Below, piece by piece: positions 45,836 through 53,835 of a stretch of 53,835 nucleotides of DNA. Each line of letters starts with the position of its first letter. Position 1 is the first letter of the stretch. Source of the stretch: a virus (taxonomy: Duplodnaviria; Caudoviricetes); IMG/VR virus record IMGVR_UViG_3300033067_000444, positions 1-53,835 of that record; one strand, written 5' to 3'. A program made the position numbers and the translations under genes. The notes below the pieces were generated by a model. It was not told the origin of the DNA. It saw only the letters and a list, made by a program, of their open reading frames with translations, and did not search any database.

Positions 45836-46004
45836 GCATAGCGCAGTGATGATGCGAACAGGTAGCGGTCAGTGAGTGACTGTTATTCCAGCAGTGGCCT
45901 TGAGATTTGCCAGTGCAGATCAATCGAATCCCGCGATACTTGAGAAATGGAATTTACCTCATTAAACACTCACAAGCAGGTTCATCACCTGCCACCAACA
46001 CCCA
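45829..46004 (+). ncRNA. tRNA-like RNA (8-bp acceptor, 5-bp T arm, CCA) with expanded anticodon-arm region
   Basis: TGTTGGTG/CACCAACA, T arm GCAGG-TTCATCA-CCTGC, GTGAGTG/CACTCAC helix, ends C-CCA 5 nt before tRNA-Pro. Confidence 0.55.
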
Positions 46005-46009
46005 GTAAT

Positions 46010-46088
46010 CTGTGCGTAGGCTAGTCAGGTCTAAGTCACTTGGTTTGGAACCAGGATATCGTAAGTTCGAATCTTACCGCACAGACCA
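46010..46088 (+). tRNA. tRNA-Pro (anticodon UGG)
   Basis: Cloverleaf: acceptor CTGTGCG/CGCACAG, anticodon arm CTTGG-TTTGGAA-CCAGG, T arm GTAAG-TTCGAAT-CTTAC, A73, encoded CCA. Confidence 0.92.
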
Positions 46089-46110
46089 AATAATTTGACA
46101 GGAGTATCAC

Positions 46111-46416
46111 ATGAAATTATCAAACTGGCTCGAAGGGGAACAACTAATCGTCGCAGAAAACCTTGGCATACCAGGGCTATTGTTATCTCTCATACCTGGT
46201 AAACGAGCTTATGAATTGTGTGCTCTATCCTGGGAGATACACATGGCGAATCGCGATATAGAATTTTGGGAAGAGGCCGAAGCGGATAACCCTATTCGTG
46301 CGCGATATACCTCAATTGAAAAGTCAGCGGAGGAGTTCAAGGTGTGGAGATTTACCGAACTGTACAATACTAGAAAGTATTTCTGGCTACCACGTTGGTC
46401 GAAGAAAGGCGAGTAA
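46111..46416 (+). CDS. Hypothetical protein
   Basis: 101 aa, SD AGGAG. Confidence 0.6.
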   Translation: MKLSNWLEGEQLIVAENLGIPGLLLSLIPGKRAYELCALSWEIHMANRDIEFWEEAEADNPIRARYTSIEKSAEEFKVWRFTELYNTRKYFWLPRWSKKGE

Positions 46417-46420
46417 CACG

Positions 46421-46621
46421 ATGGACGAAGCAGATATTGTAGTAGCAAATTCGCTGAAAGAAGACGAATACCGTAAGAAGGAATTCGCGTTACGTGTTGC
46501 GCGGATGGATAAAGGCGAACCAGGCGAGTGTGCTGAATGCGGGAAAACCTTCAACCGATTGGTTAAAGGTTACTGTGGAGCATGCCGGGATTGGTTAACT
46601 AAAATGAAAGTACCGTTTTAG
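46421..46621 (+). CDS. TraR/DksA C4-type zinc-finger protein
   Basis: MDEAD N-terminus and C..CG......C..C; start moved to ATG 46421. Confidence 0.75.
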   Translation: MDEADIVVANSLKEDEYRKKEFALRVARMDKGEPGECAECGKTFNRLVKGYCGACRDWLTKMKVPF

Positions 46622-46632
46622 TAGGAAATAGT

Positions 46633-46761
46633 ATGCCAAGTGTCCATACACTGATTAAGATAACGAGGAACAGTAGTCGCCTGCTGGTAGCGATATACAT
46701 GTTCCTTGATATAGCAATCTTTCTCGGTACTGCTCTGCTGTACAAGATGATAGTTGATTAA
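46633..46761 (+). CDS. Possible small membrane peptide (42 aa)
   Basis: MPSVHTLIKITRNSSRLLVAIYMFLDIAIFLGTALLYKMIVD; SD AGGA; fills the gap to the convergent gene. Confidence 0.35.
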   Translation: MPSVHTLIKITRNSSRLLVAIYMFLDIAIFLGTALLYKMIVD

Positions 46762-46955
46762 TCAAACCACAACGGAACAGAAGCACCGATACCCAGTAAG
46801 AGGATAATCGCAACAAGGAATATTACGGATGTGTATTTACTGGCTGCGGCTTTCGTGGCCACTGCATCAGCCATCTGTTCTGCCTTCTGATTTGCCTTCT
46901 GATTTGCCTCTTTGAATCTAGCTACCTGCTCTTCCGTCGGGTGTAAGTTTCCCAT
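46758..46955 (-). CDS. Small membrane protein at the end of the lysis cassette
   Basis: 65 aa with one C-terminal hydrophobic helix; SD AGGAG. Confidence 0.6.
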   Translation of the reverse strand: MGNLHPTEEQVARFKEANQKANQKAEQMADAVATKAAASKYTSVIFLVAIILLLGIGASVPLWFD

Positions 46956-46964
46956 GATTTTCTC

Positions 46965-47480
46965 CTAATCAATAATTTCAACATATTCGGCCAGTTTGGC
47001 ACGACATTCTTTTAATTGTATCACACCTTGAGTTTGTGCGTCTTCTACTAAGGAGATAAGATCCTCTTCAACCTGCCGGGGAAGTCTTTCTCTGTCGGCT
47101 CGGCCAGCAACGACCGTGATACCTTCTCCTTTGGTGGGCACTTTTCCACTATCGTTTCCGGTGCGGTTTTTAGGGACGTACAGCCCAGTGTTACGGACAT
47201 CACGAACAGAAGCGTCGCGATGCTTAATGCCTTCTTGTTTATCATCTTCGATCCTCACTAATCGTACTTCGTGTTCCGCTTTGCGTAATTCGTTCTCGTT
47301 ACGCAAAGCGGTTATTTCCTTCTGCATTGCAACCGCCTTGGAGTCAGCTTCAGCCACACACACGGCACGTTCCTCGTCCCTGCCGGTGTGTTTTATCTTC
47401 AAGTACAACCCACCGATTAAACCAGCAACCAGCAAACCTGGCAGGACGTACTTTATAAAAATCTCAATTATCGCGTTCAA
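46965..47480 (-). CDS. i-spanin (Rz-like)
   Basis: N-terminal TM helix, periplasmic coiled coil, C-terminal L..C motif. Confidence 0.82.
   Translation of the reverse strand: MNAIIEIFIKYVLPGLLVAGLIGGLYLKIKHTGRDEERAVCVAEADSKAVAMQKEITALRNENELRKAEHEVRLVRIEDDKQEGIKHRDASVRDVRNTGLYVPKNRTGNDSGKVPTKGEGITVVAGRADRERLPRQVEEDLISLVEDAQTQGVIQLKECRAKLAEYVEIID
47048..47245 (-). CDS. o-spanin (Rz1-like) lipoprotein embedded in Rz
   Basis: Signal peptide with lipobox TLG-C; Pro-rich mature part; fully embedded in another frame. Confidence 0.8.
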   Translation of the reverse strand: MINKKALSIATLLFVMSVTLGCTSLKTAPETIVEKCPPKEKVSRSLLAEPTEKDFPGRLKRILSP

Positions 47481-47730
47481 CGGCCTTGCTCCTTTCTTCC
47501 GAGTACAACTTGAATGAGTACAGGAATATCGCAGTAATCGGGGCTTGCAATACCGTTGTTACTCCCGCTATCTCGGCACCTCCGACGTTCAACGTCGTAG
47601 CGTGCATGATGTAACTGTATGATAGGTATGTGACCCACAAACCTGCAAAGAATTCAAATAAGAGCATACCACGTCGGAAGAGGTAATACTTCTCGAATGC
47701 TTCTGTGATACTGCCCACTTCAACCGCCAA
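47464..47730 (-). CDS. Holin-like membrane protein (2 TM)
   Basis: 88 aa, two hydrophobic segments, charged C-tail, directly upstream of the spanins. Confidence 0.55.
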   Translation of the reverse strand: MAVEVGSITEAFEKYYLFRRGMLLFEFFAGLWVTYLSYSYIMHATTLNVGGAEIAGVTTVLQAPITAIFLYSFKLYSEERSKAVERDN

Positions 47731-48115
47731 ATAGATGTTTAACCGACAGGACTACACCAAGTAATAGTGCAACCCACGGGATACCTTCTTTGCGTATCCA
47801 ATCACGTATAGTGTACTCCTTCGTTGCCCGTTCTATGATAGGAAGTATCTTCTTTACTGTGTCGTTCACTTCACTGAGGGAACTTGATAGCGATAACATC
47901 GAGTCTGTATGCTTCTTCATTACCTCGTTATTCTTTTCCTGGTACTCTCTGTGATGCTCGTCCCTTTCTTTCCAGAAAGAATGCTGCGCGTCGCACTTAT
48001 CATCGTGGTCCTGTAATCCTTTTATCTGTGTTTGCATAAAATTCATTTTATTCCACAGTTCTGTGGTGTCAGGAGGGTTGTCGGCGGATCCCGGTATCTC
48101 AGCACTATCGGTCAT
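47720..48115 (-). CDS. Coiled-coil protein with C-terminal TM (lysis-associated)
   Basis: 131 aa; coiled coil plus a single C-terminal hydrophobic helix. Confidence 0.55.
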   Translation of the reverse strand: MTDSAEIPGSADNPPDTTELWNKMNFMQTQIKGLQDHDDKCDAQHSFWKERDEHHREYQEKNNEVMKKHTDSMLSLSSSLSEVNDTVKKILPIIERATKEYTIRDWIRKEGIPWVALLLGVVLSVKHLFGG

Positions 48116-48156
48116 AATATTCCTTCTTCGTATTTTTGTCTGTGACTTTTACCACA

Positions 48157-49479
48157 CTACACGATAACTACAGCGAATAGCTTTATCTTGTAAGATCCAC
48201 CCGAACGGTAGGTATAACCGCCTATCAAGTAATTCTCGTGTTCGAGAGACGCAATATCTGGTGGGTACAGGAAATCCACGCCTGACGCATCAATCTCATA
48301 ACTGTTCGACTTAGCCGGGGTAGTGGTTCCTGAGTACGACACCAGGTTGATACTCATTGGAACCTTCTCCTGGACCGCTACTATTGCCACCATTTTACTG
48401 CTGTGCGATACGCAATTCGCGAGAGAGAATCTGTTTGGTACACCGGAATATGTTACGGATGTCTCGTCGATGTACGCCGTGGTAGATGTCGTTACTCCTG
48501 CCGCGTCGGTGATGTCGAAGGCAGCGAAACCCATGTCTTTGTCTGAAGCCGAACGATAAATGTAACCGCCGCCGAAAACCATCGCTTTCGCAGTCGTCAT
48601 CGTGGCGATTCCCCACAGGTGAAAACGCCGGTTGTTGTCCGGGTCCGTGGTTATGTTGTACTGGGAGTCATTGAAATACCGCGAAGCTGTGTTAAAAGTT
48701 ATCGCCTGCCCGGATATTGCGAATGACCCCACGGTGGATTGGTAGCCGCCTGCCGCGCCGTTGGCATAATCGGCCACTGCGAGAAAGCCAAGTGATGTAG
48801 TCGATACCGATACTTTAGGGCAAGCCACTCCGGTTAAGGAGGGAATAGCTGGTGTTCCGTAAGTAATGGCATCTGCCACACCAATCGTTACGACTTGGCA
48901 CTGTACAGTGTAAGCCACATCTGCCGTTGGTGAGCTTATGATTACGTTGCTCGAATCTATTTTCTGTACATCAAGGAAAGAACGTTCAAAGTCGGGGAAG
49001 TGTGTCGTACCTATCGAAACAGGATCGGTGAAGGTAACCGTCGGGGCGGTGACATTTGCCACTCGTACCCAAAGATCGTCGGACGTACTCAGTTTGTAGG
49101 CTAACAAGACCTTGTTATCTGTAAGACCTATACACCCTACGGAGATAACGTTAACGTCGAGGGTATCCAGTAGTGCTACTTCCGCCTCTTGCGATAGGAT
49201 TGGCGATACCAACGTAACCAGCTTATAGTAGAGTTTCGTCGCGTCAACTATGTTGCGGTAAAAGACTAGAACAGAAGTATTATCTACCCTGGCGATGTGA
49301 GGATCTATGCGGTCTAAACCGGGAGTGACTACCATCGGGGTAGTAAAGTTTGAAGGGAGCTGTACGTCTTCACCTCCTACCCCTGCACCCACGACACCGC
49401 TACATCTATTAGTCGCACGGGTATCTAGGAGTGTTTCTGTCCTGCCTAGATAGTTGAGTACGGGCTTGAGTTTAAACAT
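48157..49479 (-). CDS. Beta-propeller-like putative tail/receptor-binding protein
   Basis: 440 aa, Thr/Ser/Val-rich, repeated four-strand blade-like segments (e.g. IT(Y/F)GT). Confidence 0.5.
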   Translation of the reverse strand: MFKLKPVLNYLGRTETLLDTRATNRCSGVVGAGVGGEDVQLPSNFTTPMVVTPGLDRIDPHIARVDNTSVLVFYRNIVDATKLYYKLVTLVSPILSQEAEVALLDTLDVNVISVGCIGLTDNKVLLAYKLSTSDDLWVRVANVTAPTVTFTDPVSIGTTHFPDFERSFLDVQKIDSSNVIISSPTADVAYTVQCQVVTIGVADAITYGTPAIPSLTGVACPKVSVSTTSLGFLAVADYANGAAGGYQSTVGSFAISGQAITFNTASRYFNDSQYNITTDPDNNRRFHLWGIATMTTAKAMVFGGGYIYRSASDKDMGFAAFDITDAAGVTTSTTAYIDETSVTYSGVPNRFSLANCVSHSSKMVAIVAVQEKVPMSINLVSYSGTTTPAKSNSYEIDASGVDFLYPPDIASLEHENYLIGGYTYRSGGSYKIKLFAVVIV

Positions 49480-49927
49480 CGTAATTACCAGGAGGTATAT
49501 TTATCGGGTAAGTCCGTATCGTGCCCCCAGTATTAGCGTCTCGTTTCATCGTAGCGAGTACCGCGTCCTTGGCTGACATGCCGGTATCCATGAACGCGAG
49601 AGCGAAGTCTCTACCGCTGCCTAACGCTATGCAATTCGTCAACCGAACGGGAGCCTTCCAGAATTCTTTATCATGTACAGCGCATGTAAAAAGTCTACAG
49701 TCATCTAGTACAAGCAATGTCGCCTCTACCTTTTCACCCTTACCCACATATTTACCCGCGAGGTAACTCTGTATAAGTATCTCAAAGTCTGAGGTGGCTC
49801 CCGCGCAGAAGAAACCTACGTCATTGCGGACGATTAGTTTATCTGCGTCGTCATCAATAATAACGTTATCTTGCGTGCGTCGCGAATCGTAAGCCACTAT
49901 CCCATTCTTGTAAGCGATTGTCGTCAT
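49472..49927 (-). CDS. Ntn-hydrolase (HslV/proteasome beta-like) protease
   Basis: MTTIAY...A.DSR, K33-like Lys, AG, GSG..FA, D.NTGG; N-terminal Thr nucleophile. Confidence 0.82.
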   Translation of the reverse strand: MTTIAYKNGIVAYDSRRTQDNVIIDDDADKLIVRNDVGFFCAGATSDFEILIQSYLAGKYVGKGEKVEATLLVLDDCRLFTCAVHDKEFWKAPVRLTNCIALGSGRDFALAFMDTGMSAKDAVLATMKRDANTGGTIRTYPINIPPGNYDV

Positions 49928-49928
49928 G

Positions 49929-52900
49929 TTAATCCTTTGGTGGCCCGAATAACAAAGCCGGTAATATTGAAGCGCCTTCTACGTCGCCGTTTTCTACCGC
50001 CATGATACCCTCGACGGTGTTATTGATTTGTCCCGCTGGATAGTGTAGCACAGCACCGGCCACGTTGTTAAGGCTTTTGAACATTGGGAGATCGGCTTCG
50101 CCTTGGTTAACCTGTACGCCTGCCTTATACAGATCACCAAAGAAACGCAACCCGGCAGGGCCTTGGTAGCCGTACTGGTCTCCGCCAGTTGCCACGCCTA
50201 CCGCTGCGCCTATCTCACGCAACAAGATCATTTGCCCAAGCATGTAACTTATTTGTTCATTGGCTAGTTTCTTCGCCCAACATTCAAGGTCGTCTCCGCA
50301 ATTGCCTTTAATCGATTCCTTCAAAGCCACCGCGAACAAGACAGGGATCACGTTCAACACGATGAGGTTATTTGCCATCAACATAACTTCGGCAGGCTTC
50401 ATGAAATTCGTCTTGCGTACCGTCTCGATGTTCAAGTTGTACGTAGCGCTAAAATACGAATAGAAGTTCGTGAGTATCTTGTTCAGTGGTGAACCGCGTT
50501 GCACTCTGGCCAGATCTTTGGTCATACCGCTTGACTGCGAATCGATCACGGCCTGGTCTGCAAGGCGTACCGCGTGCTCCTCCATCGTTTTGCGTTGTGT
50601 TTCATCCACCGCGTTCTCGTAACCGACTTCTGCCAGTCCCTTATTGTACGCGCCAATCCACGTAGGAATGTCCACAGTGCGTTGCATCTTGCCGATTAAC
50701 CAGAAGTAACTAGCGGTGAGATTCGACACACCCTCGCCCGTTCTGAGTGTATTCAGGACTTCGTTAATCTCCCGGTTCATTGTCGTTGCACGATTCTTCA
50801 TGAACGTCGAGCGGCTATCGGCAAATTCTGCGGAGTCGTTTGGGCTGGTCAGGAATTGCAGAATACCCTGAGATACCCACTTCGGCCCGACGCGAACGTA
50901 TGATTGCGCCAAACCGGAAGGTTGCAGTAAAGCCGTCGTAACCCGCCAGCCCATACCGACAATCGTGGAACCCATACGCAACCGGTTGATAGCGGCCTCT
51001 GTTGCGTTCTTCGCAGGTGCGTCGCCCGTTGCAATGTCCATAACAGTGTCACGCATTTCTCGTAAAATCTCTGTACCGTAGTGCTCTCGTATCGGACTGT
51101 CAAGATGTCGCAGAACACGGTTAGCGTCTGTGAGCCAAGGCTGCCATGACAGGCGATGTATCACCTCGTTGATGTGCTGTGGGATCACGTTGAACGACAG
51201 TAACAGCGGCCTGCCGATAACTTGCTTCGAGCGTTCCTGCGTGTAACCGTTACGGGTAGCCGCCGCGCCGAATGCGCCTTTCATGCCCATCCGCAAATCG
51301 GTTACAGCTTCCAGTGACTCGCTGCGAGTAGAAAGTTCCGCGTCGTACTTGGCAGGGAAGTACCCGCCAGGGTACACACCAAACTTTGTTGTAACGGTAG
51401 CTGGTTCGATCCACAAAGGTTCTACCCCCGTCATCTTGCGTTCAAGAGCGGCAATTTGTTCCTTGTAAGTACCGACGTAATACCATGTGGCTTGCACGAA
51501 GTCCCACTCGGGTTTCGTCAGAGTGTCGAGGATGCTCTGTGCTTGAGTGATCGACAACGCTCGTCGTCCCGTAATCCCGCCGTCTAGTAGTCTTTGCCGG
51601 TTACCCTCGTTGCCCCAGTTCATCGCGAACATGATTCTCTGTTCATGCGTCATACTGATATCTGTACCAGGAACTAGACGCTTCTTGGCCGACAGGTTCA
51701 TGAAACCTTGATCGAGTTTTATCATTTTGAACAGAGAAGCAACTTTCTCCGCTGCTTGCTGCCGCATTTCGGTTTCCATGTCACCCGCTTCGTTCATCGC
51801 ACGAGCTAGCAAATTCCACATTGTTCCATTATCTTTGCCGCCATCCATCTCGCGGATGATCGAACTAAACTTGCGGTGCCCTGCGGTCATCTGCCGGAAC
51901 CACTGACCCGTCTTGCCGAGGGTGTCGGTCGGTGTCGCACGCTCTTCTACGGTACGGTTCGCGTTCTCATGTATCGAATACTCCGCTTCGGCTATGCGTT
52001 CGTTGAATTCTTTACGATCTTTGGCCGTGAGCAGTTTGTCCTTGTACCGGCCAAGGTGTTCGATTTGTTTGATCGTGTCCTTGAGTCCGCGCAATTCTTC
52101 AAGGGTCATATCCTTGTAGTTCTTGAGTTTCGATTTTTCGATTGTGTCCACGTCGATAGCAGGCTGGAACCCGTTTGCTTCTTGCTCTTCTATCCAGGCG
52201 GTCAAGGATTTGTTCTTGTCGACTTCCCGCAGGGGTAGATTCTTAAACTCGAAAGGCTTGAGTAAGTCAACGATTTGTTCTAAGTAATCGTGGTGGATCA
52301 CCTTGCCCAGTTTTCGATTGTCGAATTTGCGAACGTATTTCAGAATGCTGTCAACTTCGTTCTTCGCGTCACGTGCCACGGAGTACAGTTTGTTGTTAAG
52401 CAGTGCGGCTCTCTGTGCTTCGGCTGCACCAGCACGGTCTTTCGGCGCACGTTTCAATGCTTCCTTGTTCGCCTTTGTCTCAGCCCGTGCATACTGCCCT
52501 GGTCTGATATCGCGGATTGCTTTGCCTGCGATGGCCTGTTCCGCTGCTTGCCTGGCGGCTTTAACCAACTGCGAGGACGTGGCTGAGGTCTTGAGTAACA
52601 TCTTCAAACCGGTGGCCATGAATCGCGCTCTGGCCTCGTTGTGTACGGCTTCGTCTGCTGCTGCGCTTAATGCGTTGTCGTCAACCAGATCCCCGTATTG
52701 TTCAAGCATTCGTTTATCGACTTCAGCGGCTACCTTGTCGCGTGTTGGTTCGCTGTCGTTCAGTGCATTGATTAACGCTTCGCCGCTTGAGAATCCGGTT
52801 AACTGTGCGGCAAGATCGAGCGCGATACCATCTTCCGAAGTCATACCTCTCAATTTCTTCATATCGACGTTCGGCATCAGTTCCAAGACTTCGGCCTTGT

Positions 52901-53835
52901 TCAGTTTCGCCTTGACTTCTGCCTCGATCACTTGACCATCTTCGTTGACGTATTCACCTTTCGCGAAGTACGACTTGGCGCGTTCTACGGGTTCCTGTGC
53001 GATATCTTGTTCGACTTCAGTACGCAACATCTTGCGCTTGGTGCGTGCTTCGTTCTGTAAAGACTTGAGTGCTTTCGTCCGTGCGCCCGTCAACCATTTC
53101 ATGTCGCGGACACTTCGGGCATCCAGTTCGCTTGTCGCTTCATCGGCTGACCGTCTGCCTTCGTCAACGTATTCTTGAAACTGCTTATCGGTAACGCCTG
53201 CTTCTTCCGACGTGGCGAATAGAGGTGCGTAACTTCTCGCCTTCTGCGCTTCGGCTATCGCTTCATCCGAGGCGATCAAACGGTCGAACACTGCACGGAT
53301 ATCGTCGTTCAGTTTCCCCGCGAGTGGATTGTTCCGCAGGAATTCTTTCATCGACTTGTAAATGTTCAACATCCACGCACGGAAGCGCGCGAATACTGGC
53401 TGCATTTCAAGTGTCGGTGCCTTGCCCTCGAGTGCGTAACGCTCCCATGACTGCGCCCACTGTTCATGGTAAGGGCGTTTCTGGTCGAGGGTCATGTTGT
53501 TCCAGATTTCTTCTGGTGTTCTACCCGGTGGAAGTTGTCCTGGTTGTGGTGTTTCGCCGCCTTGGTAATACCTATCGGTGATTGTAATATCTTCATCAGA
53601 AAATATCACATAGTTGTAAGCACCCTCACCCTTGGCTCTGCTGGAACCGTCGAGGTATTTGATACCGCGAATGCCTAGCGAGTGAAGGTATTCGGAGGCG
53701 GCTCTTTGCGAGCCTTTGGTTGAAGTAAGTCTCGAATAGACATTCTCACCAGTGCTGTCCGTACCAAGATCCTTCGTCATACGATCAACGTCTTTCTGCG
53801 TCAGATCGAACCTTGAATCACCTGATACAAGTATC
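49929..53835 (-). CDS. Giant ejected polyvalent protein, 3' part (continuation of 6191..1)
   Basis: Frame is open from 53835 to the track's 53780 start. Contains the end of the HGSP module (GI.GIKYLD...NYVIF), the peptidase C-half (HEQWA..WE.Y..EGKAP) and a long helical C-terminus. Confidence 0.9.
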   Translation of the reverse strand, partial: ILVSGDSRFDLTQKDVDRMTKDLGTDSTGENVYSRLTSTKGSQRAASEYLHSLGIRGIKYLDGSSRAKGEGAYNYVIFSDEDITITDRYYQGGETPQPGQLPPGRTPEEIWNNMTLDQKRPYHEQWAQSWERYALEGKAPTLEMQPVFARFRAWMLNIYKSMKEFLRNNPLAGKLNDDIRAVFDRLIASDEAIAEAQKARSYAPLFATSEEAGVTDKQFQEYVDEGRRSADEATSELDARSVRDMKWLTGARTKALKSLQNEARTKRKMLRTEVEQDIAQEPVERAKSYFAKGEYVNEDGQVIEAEVKAKLNKAEVLELMPNVDMKKLRGMTSEDGIALDLAAQLTGFSSGEALINALNDSEPTRDKVAAEVDKRMLEQYGDLVDDNALSAAADEAVHNEARARFMATGLKMLLKTSATSSQLVKAARQAAEQAIAGKAIRDIRPGQYARAETKANKEALKRAPKDRAGAAEAQRAALLNNKLYSVARDAKNEVDSILKYVRKFDNRKLGKVIHHDYLEQIVDLLKPFEFKNLPLREVDKNKSLTAWIEEQEANGFQPAIDVDTIEKSKLKNYKDMTLEELRGLKDTIKQIEHLGRYKDKLLTAKDRKEFNERIAEAEYSIHENANRTVEERATPTDTLGKTGQWFRQMTAGHRKFSSIIREMDGGKDNGTMWNLLARAMNEAGDMETEMRQQAAEKVASLFKMIKLDQGFMNLSAKKRLVPGTDISMTHEQRIMFAMNWGNEGNRQRLLDGGITGRRALSITQAQSILDTLTKPEWDFVQATWYYVGTYKEQIAALERKMTGVEPLWIEPATVTTKFGVYPGGYFPAKYDAELSTRSESLEAVTDLRMGMKGAFGAAATRNGYTQERSKQVIGRPLLLSFNVIPQHINEVIHRLSWQPWLTDANRVLRHLDSPIREHYGTEILREMRDTVMDIATGDAPAKNATEAAINRLRMGSTIVGMGWRVTTALLQPSGLAQSYVRVGPKWVSQGILQFLTSPNDSAEFADSRSTFMKNRATTMNREINEVLNTLRTGEGVSNLTASYFWLIGKMQRTVDIPTWIGAYNKGLAEVGYENAVDETQRKTMEEHAVRLADQAVIDSQSSGMTKDLARVQRGSPLNKILTNFYSYFSATYNLNIETVRKTNFMKPAEVMLMANNLIVLNVIPVLFAVALKESIKGNCGDDLECWAKKLANEQISYMLGQMILLREIGAAVGVATGGDQYGYQGPAGLRFFGDLYKAGVQVNQGEADLPMFKSLNNVAGAVLHYPAGQINNTVEGIMAVENGDVEGASILPALLFGPPKD

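Larger units (their letters stand above)
1..53835. mobile_element. Complete circularly permuted podophage genome (BPP-1/APSE-like organisation)
   Basis: Full set of packaging, head, short-tail, ejection, lysis and replication genes; no host housekeeping genes; giant ORF reads in frame across the 53835/1 junction (...KPGSSAP-W-ILVSGDSRFD...). Confidence 0.93.

Noticed and set aside
45714-45923. 69-aa minus-strand ORF
   Set aside because: Lies antisense across the structured RNA cluster; no SD or motif.
45829-46004. tmRNA or intron-containing tRNA
   Set aside because: Too short for tmRNA, no G3:U70, no tag ORF; the insert is too small for a group I intron and lacks its core.

Overview
The window appears to be a complete, circularly permuted 53,835-bp dsDNA podophage genome of a Gram-negative host, with BPP-1/APSE-like organisation. 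A minus-strand ORF starting at 6191 runs off position 1 and re-enters in frame at 53835, ending at 49929. This gives a ~3,365-aa ejected 'polyvalent' virion protein that the ORF track only partly shows. The minus-strand morphogenesis module runs terS, terL, portal, scaffold, major capsid, tail tubular A/B, GNAT, internal virion proteins, the giant protein, an Ntn-hydrolase, a propeller-like protein, holin-like genes and Rz/Rz1; no endolysin is recognisable. A separate plus-strand operon (22972-27251) encodes three candidate tailspike/depolymerase proteins with related N-termini. The replication/early region has a primase-helicase, DUF2800 nuclease, DUF2815 SSB, PolA, VRR-NUC, SNF2 helicase, dNMP kinase, MazG-like and Nmad5-like proteins, a split C5 methyltransferase with an overprinted beta chain, a TraR/DksA-like protein and tRNA-Pro. 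The most unusual signals are: (1) a promoter-linked ~320-nt element upstream of terS made of two 80-nt modules whose hairpin loops are exactly complementary (kissing-loop, pRNA-like candidate); (2) further structured non-coding RNAs, including a 176-nt tRNA-like RNA with an 8/5 fold and CCA end; (3) the giant protein, with three ART-like modules, one nested inside a Zn-peptidase, whose boundaries are marked by recurring hydrophobic-x-Gln linkers, next to a Thr-protease gene. All family calls come from motif recognition by eye; no database searches were run.
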